Of a DNA stretch of 64,000 bases, positions 27,256 through 36,700 are shown in pieces. The stretch spans positions 1 through 64,000 of the forward strand of contig JANRLW010000126.1 of NCBI GenBank assembly GCA_033762295.1, given 5' to 3'. A program made the position numbers and the translations under genes. This DNA is from Capsulimonadales bacterium (GTDB lineage Bacteria > Armatimonadota > Armatimonadia > Armatimonadales > Armatimonadaceae). The notes under the pieces were generated by a model. It was not told where the DNA came from and ran no database searches. It saw only the letters and a list, made by a program, of their open reading frames with translations. Each line of letters opens with the position of its first letter. The first letter of the stretch is position 1.

Positions 27256-27520
27256 GCCTCGTTACCGGCAAATCGACGGTATTTACGAAAAATTTAGTAA
27301 AAATTAAGGTTGCGCGGCACGGGCGGGGCGATCGCGGGAGGACGGTCGGTCGGTTCGTCGATTACCGGACGATAAGCCGGTGGATAAATCGTGCGAACCG
27401 GATAAAATGGAATACGTTACTACAAAGATATAAATACTTGCCGGCGGCTCCTTCCGTGACGAGGAAGGGCCGGTACGAGCGGCAAGCGCCGCGGACCGGT
27501 TCCGCGCAGGAGCTTAACGA

Positions 27521-27973
27521 ATGGCGACGATCCGACAGGCGAAGGTCGGCGAACGAATCAAGCGGGAACTGGCGGAACTGCTGCAGAAAGAGATGCGTGA
27601 CCCTCGGCTGCACCTCGTTACCATCACCGGTGTGGATGTGGCGCGCGATTTTACGGTCGCCAGGGTCTTCATTTCGGTGCTGGGGTCTCCGGAAGAGAAG
27701 GCGTCGGCGCTGAAGGCGCTCCAGGGGGCGGCTGGATTCCTGCGTGGTCACCTCGGAAAGGCGCTCGATATGCGGACGATTCCCACTCTCTCCTTCCGGT
27801 ATGACACCGGGATCGAACGCGGCGCACGCATGTACGAACTGCTGCGCGAGGAGCAGCAGGCTCTGGCGCAGAACCAGGAAGCGGCGGCCCACCTGCCCGA
27901 GGACGATCGCGAGGGCGATCTACCGTACGACCGCGAGGACGACCGAACGACCGAACCGGAAGGCTCCCGTTAG
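27521..27973 (+). CDS. rbfA: Ribosome-binding factor A
   Basis: RQAKVGERIKRELAELL..EMRDPRL, AAGFLR..LG..L.MR.IP.L.F.YD. Confidence 0.95.
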   Translation: MATIRQAKVGERIKRELAELLQKEMRDPRLHLVTITGVDVARDFTVARVFISVLGSPEEKASALKALQGAAGFLRGHLGKALDMRTIPTLSFRYDTGIERGARMYELLREEQQALAQNQEAAAHLPEDDREGDLPYDREDDRTTEPEGSR

Positions 27974-27975
27974 AT

Positions 27976-28968
27976 ATGTTGATGGTCGCGCCGCTTCCCC
28001 GCGAACAGATGTCTCAGGCGGTTGCCGCGATTGCGGACGCCACGGAGATCGTTCTTGCCTGTCATGTCAATCCGGACGGGGATGCGCTGGGCACCCTGAT
28101 CGGCCTCGGTCTCGCACTGGAGCAACTGGGGAAACGCGTGACGTATCTCTCCGCCGACGGCGTCCCCCCGAACCTGTCGTTTCTTCCGTTCGCCGAGCGC
28201 GTGGTCGCCTCCACCGATCGGAGCGATTTCGATTTGGCGATCGTCGTCGATGCGGGCGACCTGAGCCGGGTCGGGCGGAACATCGACACGATCTCCGCCT
28301 GCCCCGTCATCATGGATATCGACCATCATGTGACCGGCGGGGTCTTCGGGCAGATTCATTTGCTGGACGAAAAAGCTGCGGCGACCGGCGAGATCGTTTT
28401 CGACCTGCTCCTGTCTCTCGGCGTCGAAATCACGCTGCCGATCGCGCAGAACCTGCTTTGCGCCCTCCTGACCGATACCGGCAGTTTCCGTTTCCGCAAC
28501 GTAACGCCGCGCACGATGGCGATTGCGGGCGAGCTGATCGGGGTCGGCGCCGATCCCAACGAGATCGCGGAAAGCGTTTTTGAGAACAAGTCCTACGCGG
28601 CGCAGAAACTCCTCGGACGCGCTCTGGAATCGCTTCGCCGTTCGGAGGACGGACGGATTGTGTGGGCCGTGCTGACCCGGTTCGATTTCCTGGAGTTCGA
28701 CGCCGGGGACGACGCGACGGACGGCATCATCAATGCGATCCGCGCCGTTCAGGGAACGTGGATCGCCGTTCTGTTCCGGGAGATGCCCTCGGGGAAAATC
28801 CGGGTCAGTCTGCGGGCGCGGGAACCGTACGATGTTTCCGAAATCGCCCGGCGTTTCGGCGGCGGCGGTCATCGATTGGCCGCCGGTTGCTCCCTGGAAG
28901 GACCGCTGACCGCCGCCGTGCCCAATCTGGTCGCCGTCGTGCAGGAATCCTTGATGCAATCGGTGTAA
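27976..28968 (+). CDS. nrnA: DHH-DHHA1 phosphoesterase (bifunctional oligoribonuclease/PAP phosphatase)
   Basis: HVNPDGDALG, DIDHH, TDTGSF, FGGGGH..AAG; lies between rbfA and truB. Confidence 0.9.
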   Translation: MLMVAPLPREQMSQAVAAIADATEIVLACHVNPDGDALGTLIGLGLALEQLGKRVTYLSADGVPPNLSFLPFAERVVASTDRSDFDLAIVVDAGDLSRVGRNIDTISACPVIMDIDHHVTGGVFGQIHLLDEKAAATGEIVFDLLLSLGVEITLPIAQNLLCALLTDTGSFRFRNVTPRTMAIAGELIGVGADPNEIAESVFENKSYAAQKLLGRALESLRRSEDGRIVWAVLTRFDFLEFDAGDDATDGIINAIRAVQGTWIAVLFREMPSGKIRVSLRAREPYDVSEIARRFGGGGHRLAAGCSLEGPLTAAVPNLVAVVQESLMQSV

Positions 28969-28980
28969 GAACCACGGCGG

Positions 28981-29880
28981 ATGTTCCCGGAAATGAACGG
29001 ATTCCTGAATATCGACAAGCCGGCAGGCATGACCAGTCACGACGTCGTCGCCCGCGTTCGCCGGGCGCTTCGGACTCGACGCGCGGGCCACGCCGGAACC
29101 CTCGACCCCGATGCAGTCGGAGTGCTGGTTGTGGCGGTGGGCCAGGCGACGCGGCTGCTTCCCGACCTGCCGATCGAACCCAAAGAGTATGTCGCCCGGA
29201 TCGCTTTCGGCGCCGCCACCTCCACCGAGGACGCATCCGGCCGTGTTACGCAGGAAGCGGACGCGTCGGAGTTGACCGAAACGACGGTGCGGACCGCGCT
29301 TCCGCGATTTCTAGGGACGATTCCCCAGGTGCCGCCGATGGTTTCCGCCCTTCACCATCAGGGACGCCGTCTGTACGAACTGGCGCGTGAAGGGGTGGAG
29401 GTGATTCGGGAGGCGCGGACGGTCACGATCCATCGCCTGGATTTCTCCGATTTCACGCCCGGTGTCCGCGCCTTCGGAACGCTGTCCGTCGTGTGCGGCG
29501 GCGGAACCTACATTCGTACGCTCTGCAAGGATCTGGGGGAGGCGGTCGGGCTGCCCGCCCACATGGCGGCCCTGACCCGCGAAGCGGTCGGCGGCTTCCG
29601 TCGTGAGAACGCCGTCCCGCTGGTCGACCTCCGTCCCGAAGCCCTGATTCCGGCGGAAACCGCTCTCGGAATGCCGGTGGTCCGGATCGATGACGCGCAG
29701 TTCGGGCGTGTCCGCCACGGGATGGCGATCGATCTCGATCCGGCGACGGTGCCGCCGGAATCGCCGGACGGGGGGCTGGCGGTGGCGCTACTGCACGGGG
29801 AACGCCTCTGCGCCCTCGGACGTTACGACAAGGGGCGATGTCAGCCGTTCAAGGTATTTCCGCCCGAGGAGGGAGTTTGA
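28981..29880 (+). CDS. truB: tRNA pseudouridine(55) synthase
   Basis: NIDKPAGMTSHDVV, GHAGTLDP, GTYIRTL. Confidence 0.95.
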   Translation: MFPEMNGFLNIDKPAGMTSHDVVARVRRALRTRRAGHAGTLDPDAVGVLVVAVGQATRLLPDLPIEPKEYVARIAFGAATSTEDASGRVTQEADASELTETTVRTALPRFLGTIPQVPPMVSALHHQGRRLYELAREGVEVIREARTVTIHRLDFSDFTPGVRAFGTLSVVCGGGTYIRTLCKDLGEAVGLPAHMAALTREAVGGFRRENAVPLVDLRPEALIPAETALGMPVVRIDDAQFGRVRHGMAIDLDPATVPPESPDGGLAVALLHGERLCALGRYDKGRCQPFKVFPPEEGV

Positions 29881-30827
29881 TGTCGATAACGCCCGGGACA
29901 CCGCCGGTCAGTCTGCCACTGGACCTGTTTCGCGCGGACACCCCGCTTGCCGTCTGCCTCGGCGTTTTCGATGGCGTCCATCGTGGTCATCAGGCATTGC
30001 TCGAACGGGCGGCGCGTTTCGAATGGCCGGTGGTCGCCGTCACGTTCGATCCGCATCCCGCCGCGCTTCTGTCCCCGAACCGGACGCCGCCGATGCTCGG
30101 AACACTGACCGAACGGGCGGAGTGGCTTCACCATTACGGCGCGCGGCAGGTGCTCGTCGCGCGGTTCGACCGGGCGTTTGCGGCCATGGCCCCCGAGGAG
30201 TTTATCGCCACGGTTCTCCGTGATCGGCTCTCGGCCCGTGTCGTGGTCGTCGGCGAGGACTTTCGCTTCGGTTGTGATCGGAGCGGAGATGTTGAAACGC
30301 TTCGGCTGGCCGGTCAGCGCGCCGGATTTCTGGTGGAGGCGGTCGGCCCGGTCTTCGTCGGCGGAGTCCCGGCCCGTTCGACCACCGTCCGCCAGATGCT
30401 CTCCGCCGGTAGGGTCGAAGAGGCCGCCCTGCTGCTCGGACGTCCCTACCGGCTGTCCGGAACGGTCACGCGCGGGAAACAACTTGGCCGGACTATCGGA
30501 TTTCCGACCGCGAATCTCGCCGTGCCTCCGGAAATTCTGGTGCCTGCCGCCGGAATCTATGCGGCGGCGGCGAACCTGTCCGACGGGAGCCGCTGTCGCG
30601 CGGCGGTCAGTATCGGCACCAATCCGACGGTCACCCCGGAAAACCGGGAACGGACCGTGGAGGCGTTCTTGATGGATGGTTTCGCGGGCGATCTGTACGA
30701 TCAGGCGCTTTCGCTGGAATTCTTCGCCTTCCTTCGGCCGATGTTGACCTTCGAGAGCCTGGAGGCGCTGGTCGAGCAGATGGGGCGGGACGTGGCGGAA
30801 GCGGCGCGCCGGGTGCCGTTACGGTAA
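29880..30827 (+). CDS. ribF: Bifunctional riboflavin kinase/FAD synthetase
   Basis: GVFDGVHRGHQ, TFDPHP, GRTIGFPTAN, IGTNPT, VEAFL. Confidence 0.95.
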   Translation: MSITPGTPPVSLPLDLFRADTPLAVCLGVFDGVHRGHQALLERAARFEWPVVAVTFDPHPAALLSPNRTPPMLGTLTERAEWLHHYGARQVLVARFDRAFAAMAPEEFIATVLRDRLSARVVVVGEDFRFGCDRSGDVETLRLAGQRAGFLVEAVGPVFVGGVPARSTTVRQMLSAGRVEEAALLLGRPYRLSGTVTRGKQLGRTIGFPTANLAVPPEILVPAAGIYAAAANLSDGSRCRAAVSIGTNPTVTPENRERTVEAFLMDGFAGDLYDQALSLEFFAFLRPMLTFESLEALVEQMGRDVAEAARRVPLR

Positions 30828-30845
30828 AACGGGAGCGGCACCAGT

Positions 30846-31604
30846 ATGAATCGCGACGAATACGACCAAATGTTCCGGCTGGAGGATGAGCACTGGTGGT
30901 TCGCCGCCCGTCGCAACCTGATCCTTCGGGCCGTTCGCTCCATTCCGGCCGAACCGGTACTGCCTCGCCGTTTCCTCGATGTCGGGTGCGGCACCGGCGG
31001 GACGCTGGCGCGTCTGGCTCCGAGCGGGGAGGTCGTCGGGCTGGATATGGAACCGTTGGCCCTGACCTATTGCCGCCGGCGCGGTCTGCGCAACCTGGTT
31101 CAGGGCAGCGCGACGTCGCTGCCGTTCCGCGACGCCGTTTTCTCCGGCGTTCTCGCCCTCGATGTCCTCGAACACCTGCCGGAGGACTCCGCCTGCGTTC
31201 GGGAGATCGCCCGGGTGCTGGCTCCGGGCGGCGTCGTTTATGTCACGGTGCCCGCCTATCGATCCCTGTGGTCCTCGCATGATGTCGCGTTGATGCACCA
31301 GCGGCGGTATGTGGCGGGCGAGGTCCGTCGATTGCTGGAGGGGGAGGGGCTGGAGATCGTCCGCCTCAGCTACACGGTATCGCTGTTTTTCCCTCCGGTC
31401 TGGCTGATCCGAACGTTGCGCCGTCGGCTCCGGCCCGGCAAGCCGGCGAAGGCGGACGTGGCGTTGACCCCGCCCTGGCTGAACGGCGTCCTGCGCCGGG
31501 TTCTGGATATCGAATCGAGGATCGCGCTACGCTTCCGACTGCCGTTCGGCGTGACGGTGTTCGCGGCGGCACGCAAGCCCGTTCGGACGCCCCCGGCAAA
31601 ATAA
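30846..31604 (+). CDS. Class I SAM-dependent methyltransferase
   Basis: HWWFAARR, LDVGCGTG, DVLEHL, VPAY..LWS.HD....H.RRY. Confidence 0.9.
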   Translation: MNRDEYDQMFRLEDEHWWFAARRNLILRAVRSIPAEPVLPRRFLDVGCGTGGTLARLAPSGEVVGLDMEPLALTYCRRRGLRNLVQGSATSLPFRDAVFSGVLALDVLEHLPEDSACVREIARVLAPGGVVYVTVPAYRSLWSSHDVALMHQRRYVAGEVRRLLEGEGLEIVRLSYTVSLFFPPVWLIRTLRRRLRPGKPAKADVALTPPWLNGVLRRVLDIESRIALRFRLPFGVTVFAAARKPVRTPPAK

Positions 31605-31645
31605 GGCCGTTCGTTTCGCGACGAAGAAAAAATCTCCGTGCCCCC

Positions 31646-31692
31646 TTGACAGGCAAAGCGGCCTGCATTAAAATGCGAATGAACATTCACTC
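31646..31692 (+). promoter_or_regulatory. Promoter and TetR operator of the efflux operon
   Basis: TTGACA-N17-TAAAAT followed by the palindrome GAATGAA-CA-TTCACTC (31677-31692). Confidence 0.75.
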
Positions 31693-31720
31693 TGAACGAC
31701 GAAGATGGGGGAATCCTGCG

Positions 31721-32344
31721 GTGGAAATACGAAGCGCGAACCAAAAGACGGGGCGCATCGCCGAAGAGCGGCGAGCCCAGATTCTGAAAGCCGCCGCCGC
31801 CTGTTTCGGCAGGCGCGGCTTCCATCTCACCTCCATGGCGGAGGTATGCGCCGAAGCGAACATCAGTCCGGGGTCCGTCTACCGCTATTTTCGGAGCAAG
31901 GAGGAGATCATCATCGCGTTATCGGAGCAGGAACGCGAACAGATCGAGGGGATCTTTGCCGAAGCGGAAACGCAGCCCACGTTGGAAGCGGCGCTTCACT
32001 ATTGCGGGTTGGCCTTTGACGAGTGGCTCCGTTCTCCCGAGTCCCTGATCCTGTGGCTGGAAATGCTTGCGGAAGCGGCCCGTAATCCTCACGTCAAAGC
32101 GATCTTCGCCCGGACGGATCAGGTACTGCGCGAGCGACTCGGGCACCTGTTTCAAATGGCGAAGGCCCGTGGGGAGATCGATCCCGAACTCGATGTCGAT
32201 CAGTCCGTCAAAATGCTGATCGCAATCTATGATGGCATGATGACCCGTCGTTCCTACGATGAACTGGATTCGGAAAGATTCCAGGAAAACCTGTCCTTAC
32301 TTTTGCGACGGTTTCTGCAACTCGGGGGAACGAACGTCGGATGA
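31721..32344 (+). CDS. TetR/AcrR family transcriptional regulator
   Basis: RRAQILKAAAACFGRRGFHLTSMAEVCAEANISPGSVYRYFRSKEEII; probable GTG start. Confidence 0.92.
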   Translation: MEIRSANQKTGRIAEERRAQILKAAAACFGRRGFHLTSMAEVCAEANISPGSVYRYFRSKEEIIIALSEQEREQIEGIFAEAETQPTLEAALHYCGLAFDEWLRSPESLILWLEMLAEAARNPHVKAIFARTDQVLRERLGHLFQMAKARGEIDPELDVDQSVKMLIAIYDGMMTRRSYDELDSERFQENLSLLLRRFLQLGGTNVG

Positions 32345-32496
32345 ACAGGGATGCAAGGAAAGATACATCCCGGGACCGATCGTTTCTCCGACCTGCGGTC
32401 GTTGTACGGCTGCCAGGACACCGTTAAAATCAGGTCGCAAACTTTTGCCCGACAATCAACTGGAAAGGTCGATCTCGACATAAGGAAAATCCAAAC

Positions 32497-33762
32497 ATGA
32501 AAAAAAACGCGAATGAGTGTTCGTTCTTATTGGTCGCAGGGATGGCTCTTTTGTTTCCGCCGCTGGCGGGGTGTCCCAATCCGGCACCGGCGGTCACGCC
32601 GACCCCGGAGGTCCCCTCGCCGATCTCCTCGCCGAATCCGACCCCCTCGACGACTCCCGGAATCATGAATCCCCGGAAGCCCTCCTCCCGACCTTCGGAA
32701 ATCGTACTGACCGGAGCGTTGAAGGCCGATCGGGAGGTGCGCCTGACGACCCGGAATGCCGGGCGAATCGCCGAAGTGTTCGTACGTGAGGGAGATGCTA
32801 TCAAAGCAAGACAGATACTGGCTCGGCTCGACACCCGGGAGTTGACGGCACAGGAACGGAGTGCGGACGCGGCCATCGCCGCCGCCCGAGCGCAGGCGGC
32901 ACAGGCGGCGGCGGCCTTGCGTCAGCAGATCGTTTCGACCACATCCGCCATCGCGGAGGCGGAGGCCGGACTGCGCGGCGCGAAGGCGCAGCTCGATCAG
33001 CTTCTGGCGGGCGCACGATCCCAGGAAAAAGCGCAAGCAGGAGCGCAGGTCGCCATCGCCCGTGCGAACCTGATGAGAGCGGAGGACGATTGGAAGCGAT
33101 ATGAGCGGCTGGCACGGGCCGGCGCGGTCGCGGAAATGGAAGCCGACCAGTATCGGACCAATCGGGATATTGCGGCGGAGCAGGTCCGGGCGCAGGAGGA
33201 AGCCCTTTCCCTGCTGAATGCGGGGGCGCGCCAACAGGAAATCGAGCAAGCGAGACAGGCCGTCCGACGGGCGGAAGAGATGCTACGACAGGCGAAAGCC
33301 ACCGAGGCGCAGATCGACCTGCGCCGGGCGGAGGTTCAGGCGGCGCAGGCGGTGCTATGGCAACGCCGGAACGAAAAGCTGATCGCGACGGAAACCCTGA
33401 GGGACGCCGACCTGGTCGCGCCCTTCGCCGGATGGGTCACCGCGCGTTCGGCGCAACCGGGGCAACGCGTCGCCGCGGATGAGACGCTGTTCACGCTCGT
33501 GAGCCGCGCGGTGTACTTCGAGCCATCGGTCCCCGAAACCGACTTCCGTCACCTTCGGGTGGGTGAGCGGGTGCAGGTAACCGTGGATGCCTTTCCCGGC
33601 CGTTCCTTTACCGGACGAATCACCCTGATGGGAGCCTCGGCGCAAACGACCGGGCGGGCATTTCCGGTCCGGATCGAGCTGTTGAACGATGACGGGCGGT
33701 CGCTGAGACCGGGAATGTTCGCACGAACGGTTCTTGTCCGTGGAACGAAGGGAGACAATTAA
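32497..33762 (+). CDS. RND efflux periplasmic adaptor (membrane fusion protein), lipoprotein
   Basis: Lipobox LAGC; GRIAEVFVREGD, long coiled coil, APFAG, LRPGMFA. Confidence 0.9.
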   Translation: MKKNANECSFLLVAGMALLFPPLAGCPNPAPAVTPTPEVPSPISSPNPTPSTTPGIMNPRKPSSRPSEIVLTGALKADREVRLTTRNAGRIAEVFVREGDAIKARQILARLDTRELTAQERSADAAIAAARAQAAQAAAALRQQIVSTTSAIAEAEAGLRGAKAQLDQLLAGARSQEKAQAGAQVAIARANLMRAEDDWKRYERLARAGAVAEMEADQYRTNRDIAAEQVRAQEEALSLLNAGARQQEIEQARQAVRRAEEMLRQAKATEAQIDLRRAEVQAAQAVLWQRRNEKLIATETLRDADLVAPFAGWVTARSAQPGQRVAADETLFTLVSRAVYFEPSVPETDFRHLRVGERVQVTVDAFPGRSFTGRITLMGASAQTTGRAFPVRIELLNDDGRSLRPGMFARTVLVRGTKGDN

Positions 33763-33764
33763 CC

Positions 33765-36700
33765 ATGCAGTGGCTTGCCAGGGTTTCGGTGACCCGACCG
33801 ATTTTCGCCGCGGTCCTGATTCTTTCATTGACCGTTCTCGGCCTTTTTACGCTGCCTCAACTGCCGGTGGAACGGTATCCGAACGTGGATATCCCGTTTG
33901 TGACGGTAATGACCGTGGTGCCCGGAGCGGGGCCAAAGGAGATCGAGTCGGAGGTAACGGAGATTATCGAACGTAACGTCGGAACGGTGCCCGGTATCTC
34001 CACGATTACCTCGCAATCGTCCGAGGGGGTTTCGCTGGTAACGATCGAGTTTGTGATCGAGAAGAACGGGGATACGGCGGCGCAGGAGGTGCGCTCCAAG
34101 GTGGATCTAGCCCTTGCCGATCTGCCGGTAACGGCCGAACGCCCGGTCGTGGAGAAGTTTAAAACCGATGATGTCCCGATTGTCGCCTTCACGCTCACGT
34201 CGCCCGGAGCGCCGTTACGCGAGCTGACGGAGTACGCTCGCTTGAAACTGCGTCCGCAACTGGAGGGTATCCGGGGCGTCGGTCAGGTAAGCATCGTCGG
34301 GGGAAGCGAGCGAGAAATCCAGGTACTGCTGGACCCGGAACGTCTGGCCGCGTTCGACCTTGCGCCGTCGGAGGTGCAAAGCGCCATCGAATCCCAGAAT
34401 CTGCTGGTTCCCGGCGGCGCCATCGTTCAGGGGACGACGCGCTTCTCCCTGCAAACGGAAGGGCGAGTCAAAACCCTTGAACAACTGGCGGCGATCGTAA
34501 TCCGGAAATCGGCAGGACGCGCCATCCGCCTTTCGGATGTCGGCCGGATCGTCGACGGTTCGAAGGAGGCGAAATCCCTCGCCCGTGTCAACGGCGAACC
34601 GGCGATCCTGCTCAATGTTCGCAAGCAGAGCGGCGAAAATACGGTCGCCGTCGTGGACGCCATTGAACAGCGCCTGAAGCGGATCGAGCCGACGATGCCG
34701 GAGGGCTACGAAACCCGGATCGTGCGGGATGAGGCGGTGTTTGTCAAGGCGTCCGTCCGGGACGTTCAGACGCACCTCATTCTCGGTTCGATCCTGGCCG
34801 CCGTCGTCGTACTCGTATTTCTGCGCGACTGGCGTTCCACAATCATCGCCGCGATCGCGATCCCCGCTTCGATCATCGCGACCTTTGCGCTGATGAAGGT
34901 CCAGGGGTTCACGATCAACGTACTGACGCTTCTGGCGTTGACCCTGGCGGTCGGTATCGTGATCGATGACGCGATCATCGTCCTTGAAAACATCGTTCGT
35001 TACCTTAATGAGCGGACCACGGACCGGAAGGAAGCGGCGATCAAGGCAACCAATGAGATCGGGCTTGCGGTCCTCGCCACTACCCTGTCGCTGGTCGCGG
35101 TCTTTCTCCCGGTCGCCTTTATCTCCGGGATTACCGGACGCTTCCTTGCCTCGTTTGCTTTGACCATGACGTTTTCGATCCTGGTCTCTCTGCTCGTCGC
35201 GTTCACCATTACGCCGATGCTCGGTTCGCTTTTCCTGAAACCGCATGCACACCCGCACGGCGCAGGGGATGTCCCCGGGAAACGGGATTGGTTGACGTTC
35301 GTCGAGGACGCCTATACCGCCGTCCTCGCCTCGGCAATGAGACATCGCTGGGTTGTGGTGGTGCTATCGGCGGGCGCGCTGATTGCCGTGGTGCCGCTCG
35401 CGCGTCATGCCAAGACAGGATTCCTCCCTTCCGAGGACCTGAGTATGTTCACGGTCACGGCGCGTTTGCCGGAAGGGACCGCCCTGTCGGAGACGGATCG
35501 GCAACTTTCCCTGCTGGCGAAGGAGCTTCAACCGCTGCCCGAGGTCAGTGCGACCGTGGTCACGGTGGGGGACGGAGGCATCACCAACCGGGGAACGATC
35601 CTGGTCAAACTCCATGAGATCCATGAGCGAAAACATCCTCTTTCTTCGTTCGACCTGATGGCGAAGGTACGCCAGGAGATTCTGCCGCGTTATCCGAAGG
35701 ACTGGACGATCACGGTGGCATCGACCGACTCCTTCTCCGAGAGTGATGCCTCGGTCCAGTATGTTCTGACCGGACCCGATCAGGACAGGCTGCTTTCTGC
35801 CGCCAATGCGATGGTTGCCGAGTTGAAGCGTCTGCCCGAAGTGGCGTCGGTCAGTACGAATGCGTATCCGGGGAAGCCGCAATGGCAGGCGCAGATCGAC
35901 CGGGAACGGGCCGCCGAATACGGGGTGTCGGTCGCCGATATCGCCCGGAACGTTCGTCTGCTGATTGAGGGGGAAAAGGTCTCACGATACAGCGAAAATG
36001 GCCGTCAGTTCGATATCCGGGTGCTCGCGGACGCCGATTTTCGGCATAATTCCGATGCTCTGCGTCGGTTCCGTGTTCCTGCGGCCTCGGCGACCGGCCC
36101 GACGACGATCCCGCTGTCCGACGTTGCCGGTTTCGTTCCTTCGACCGAACTCGCGGAGATCAATCGGTACGGTCGTCAGCGGGAGATCCGGGTTCTGGTG
36201 GTGCCGGTGCCGAATGCCTCCGTCGGCGGGTTACAGGAGGTCGCGGAGCGTGTTTACGCGGCGCAAGGGCTTTCCTCGGAGTATCGGATGTCCGCTGAGG
36301 GAGACGCACAGGAGACTGAAAAGACGTTTGCCGCCTTCGGTATGGCGTTCCTGCTGTCCATCACGTTTATGTATCTGATCCTGGCCGCACAATTCGAGTC
36401 CTGGGTCCATCCGGTGACGATCCTGCTGTCGCTCCCGCTCTGTGTGCCGTTCGCGCTCCTGCCGATCGTCGTGATGGGGGACTCTCTGAATCTCTATTCG
36501 CTACTGGGCATCCTGGTGCTCTTCGGCATTGTCAAAAAGAACTCGATTTTGCAGGTCGACCATGCGAATCAGCTGCGTGCGTCGGGTATGGAAAGGAATA
36601 AGGCGGTGATACAGGCTTCTCGGGATCGTCTGCGCCCGATTTTGATGACGACCATCGCCTTCGTCGCCGGGATGATCCCGCTGGCGATGTCCCATGAAGC

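Noticed and set aside
32500..32507. A8 run at the start of the adaptor gene as a phase-variation tract
   Set aside because: It simply encodes the MKKN signal-peptide start and the frame is intact
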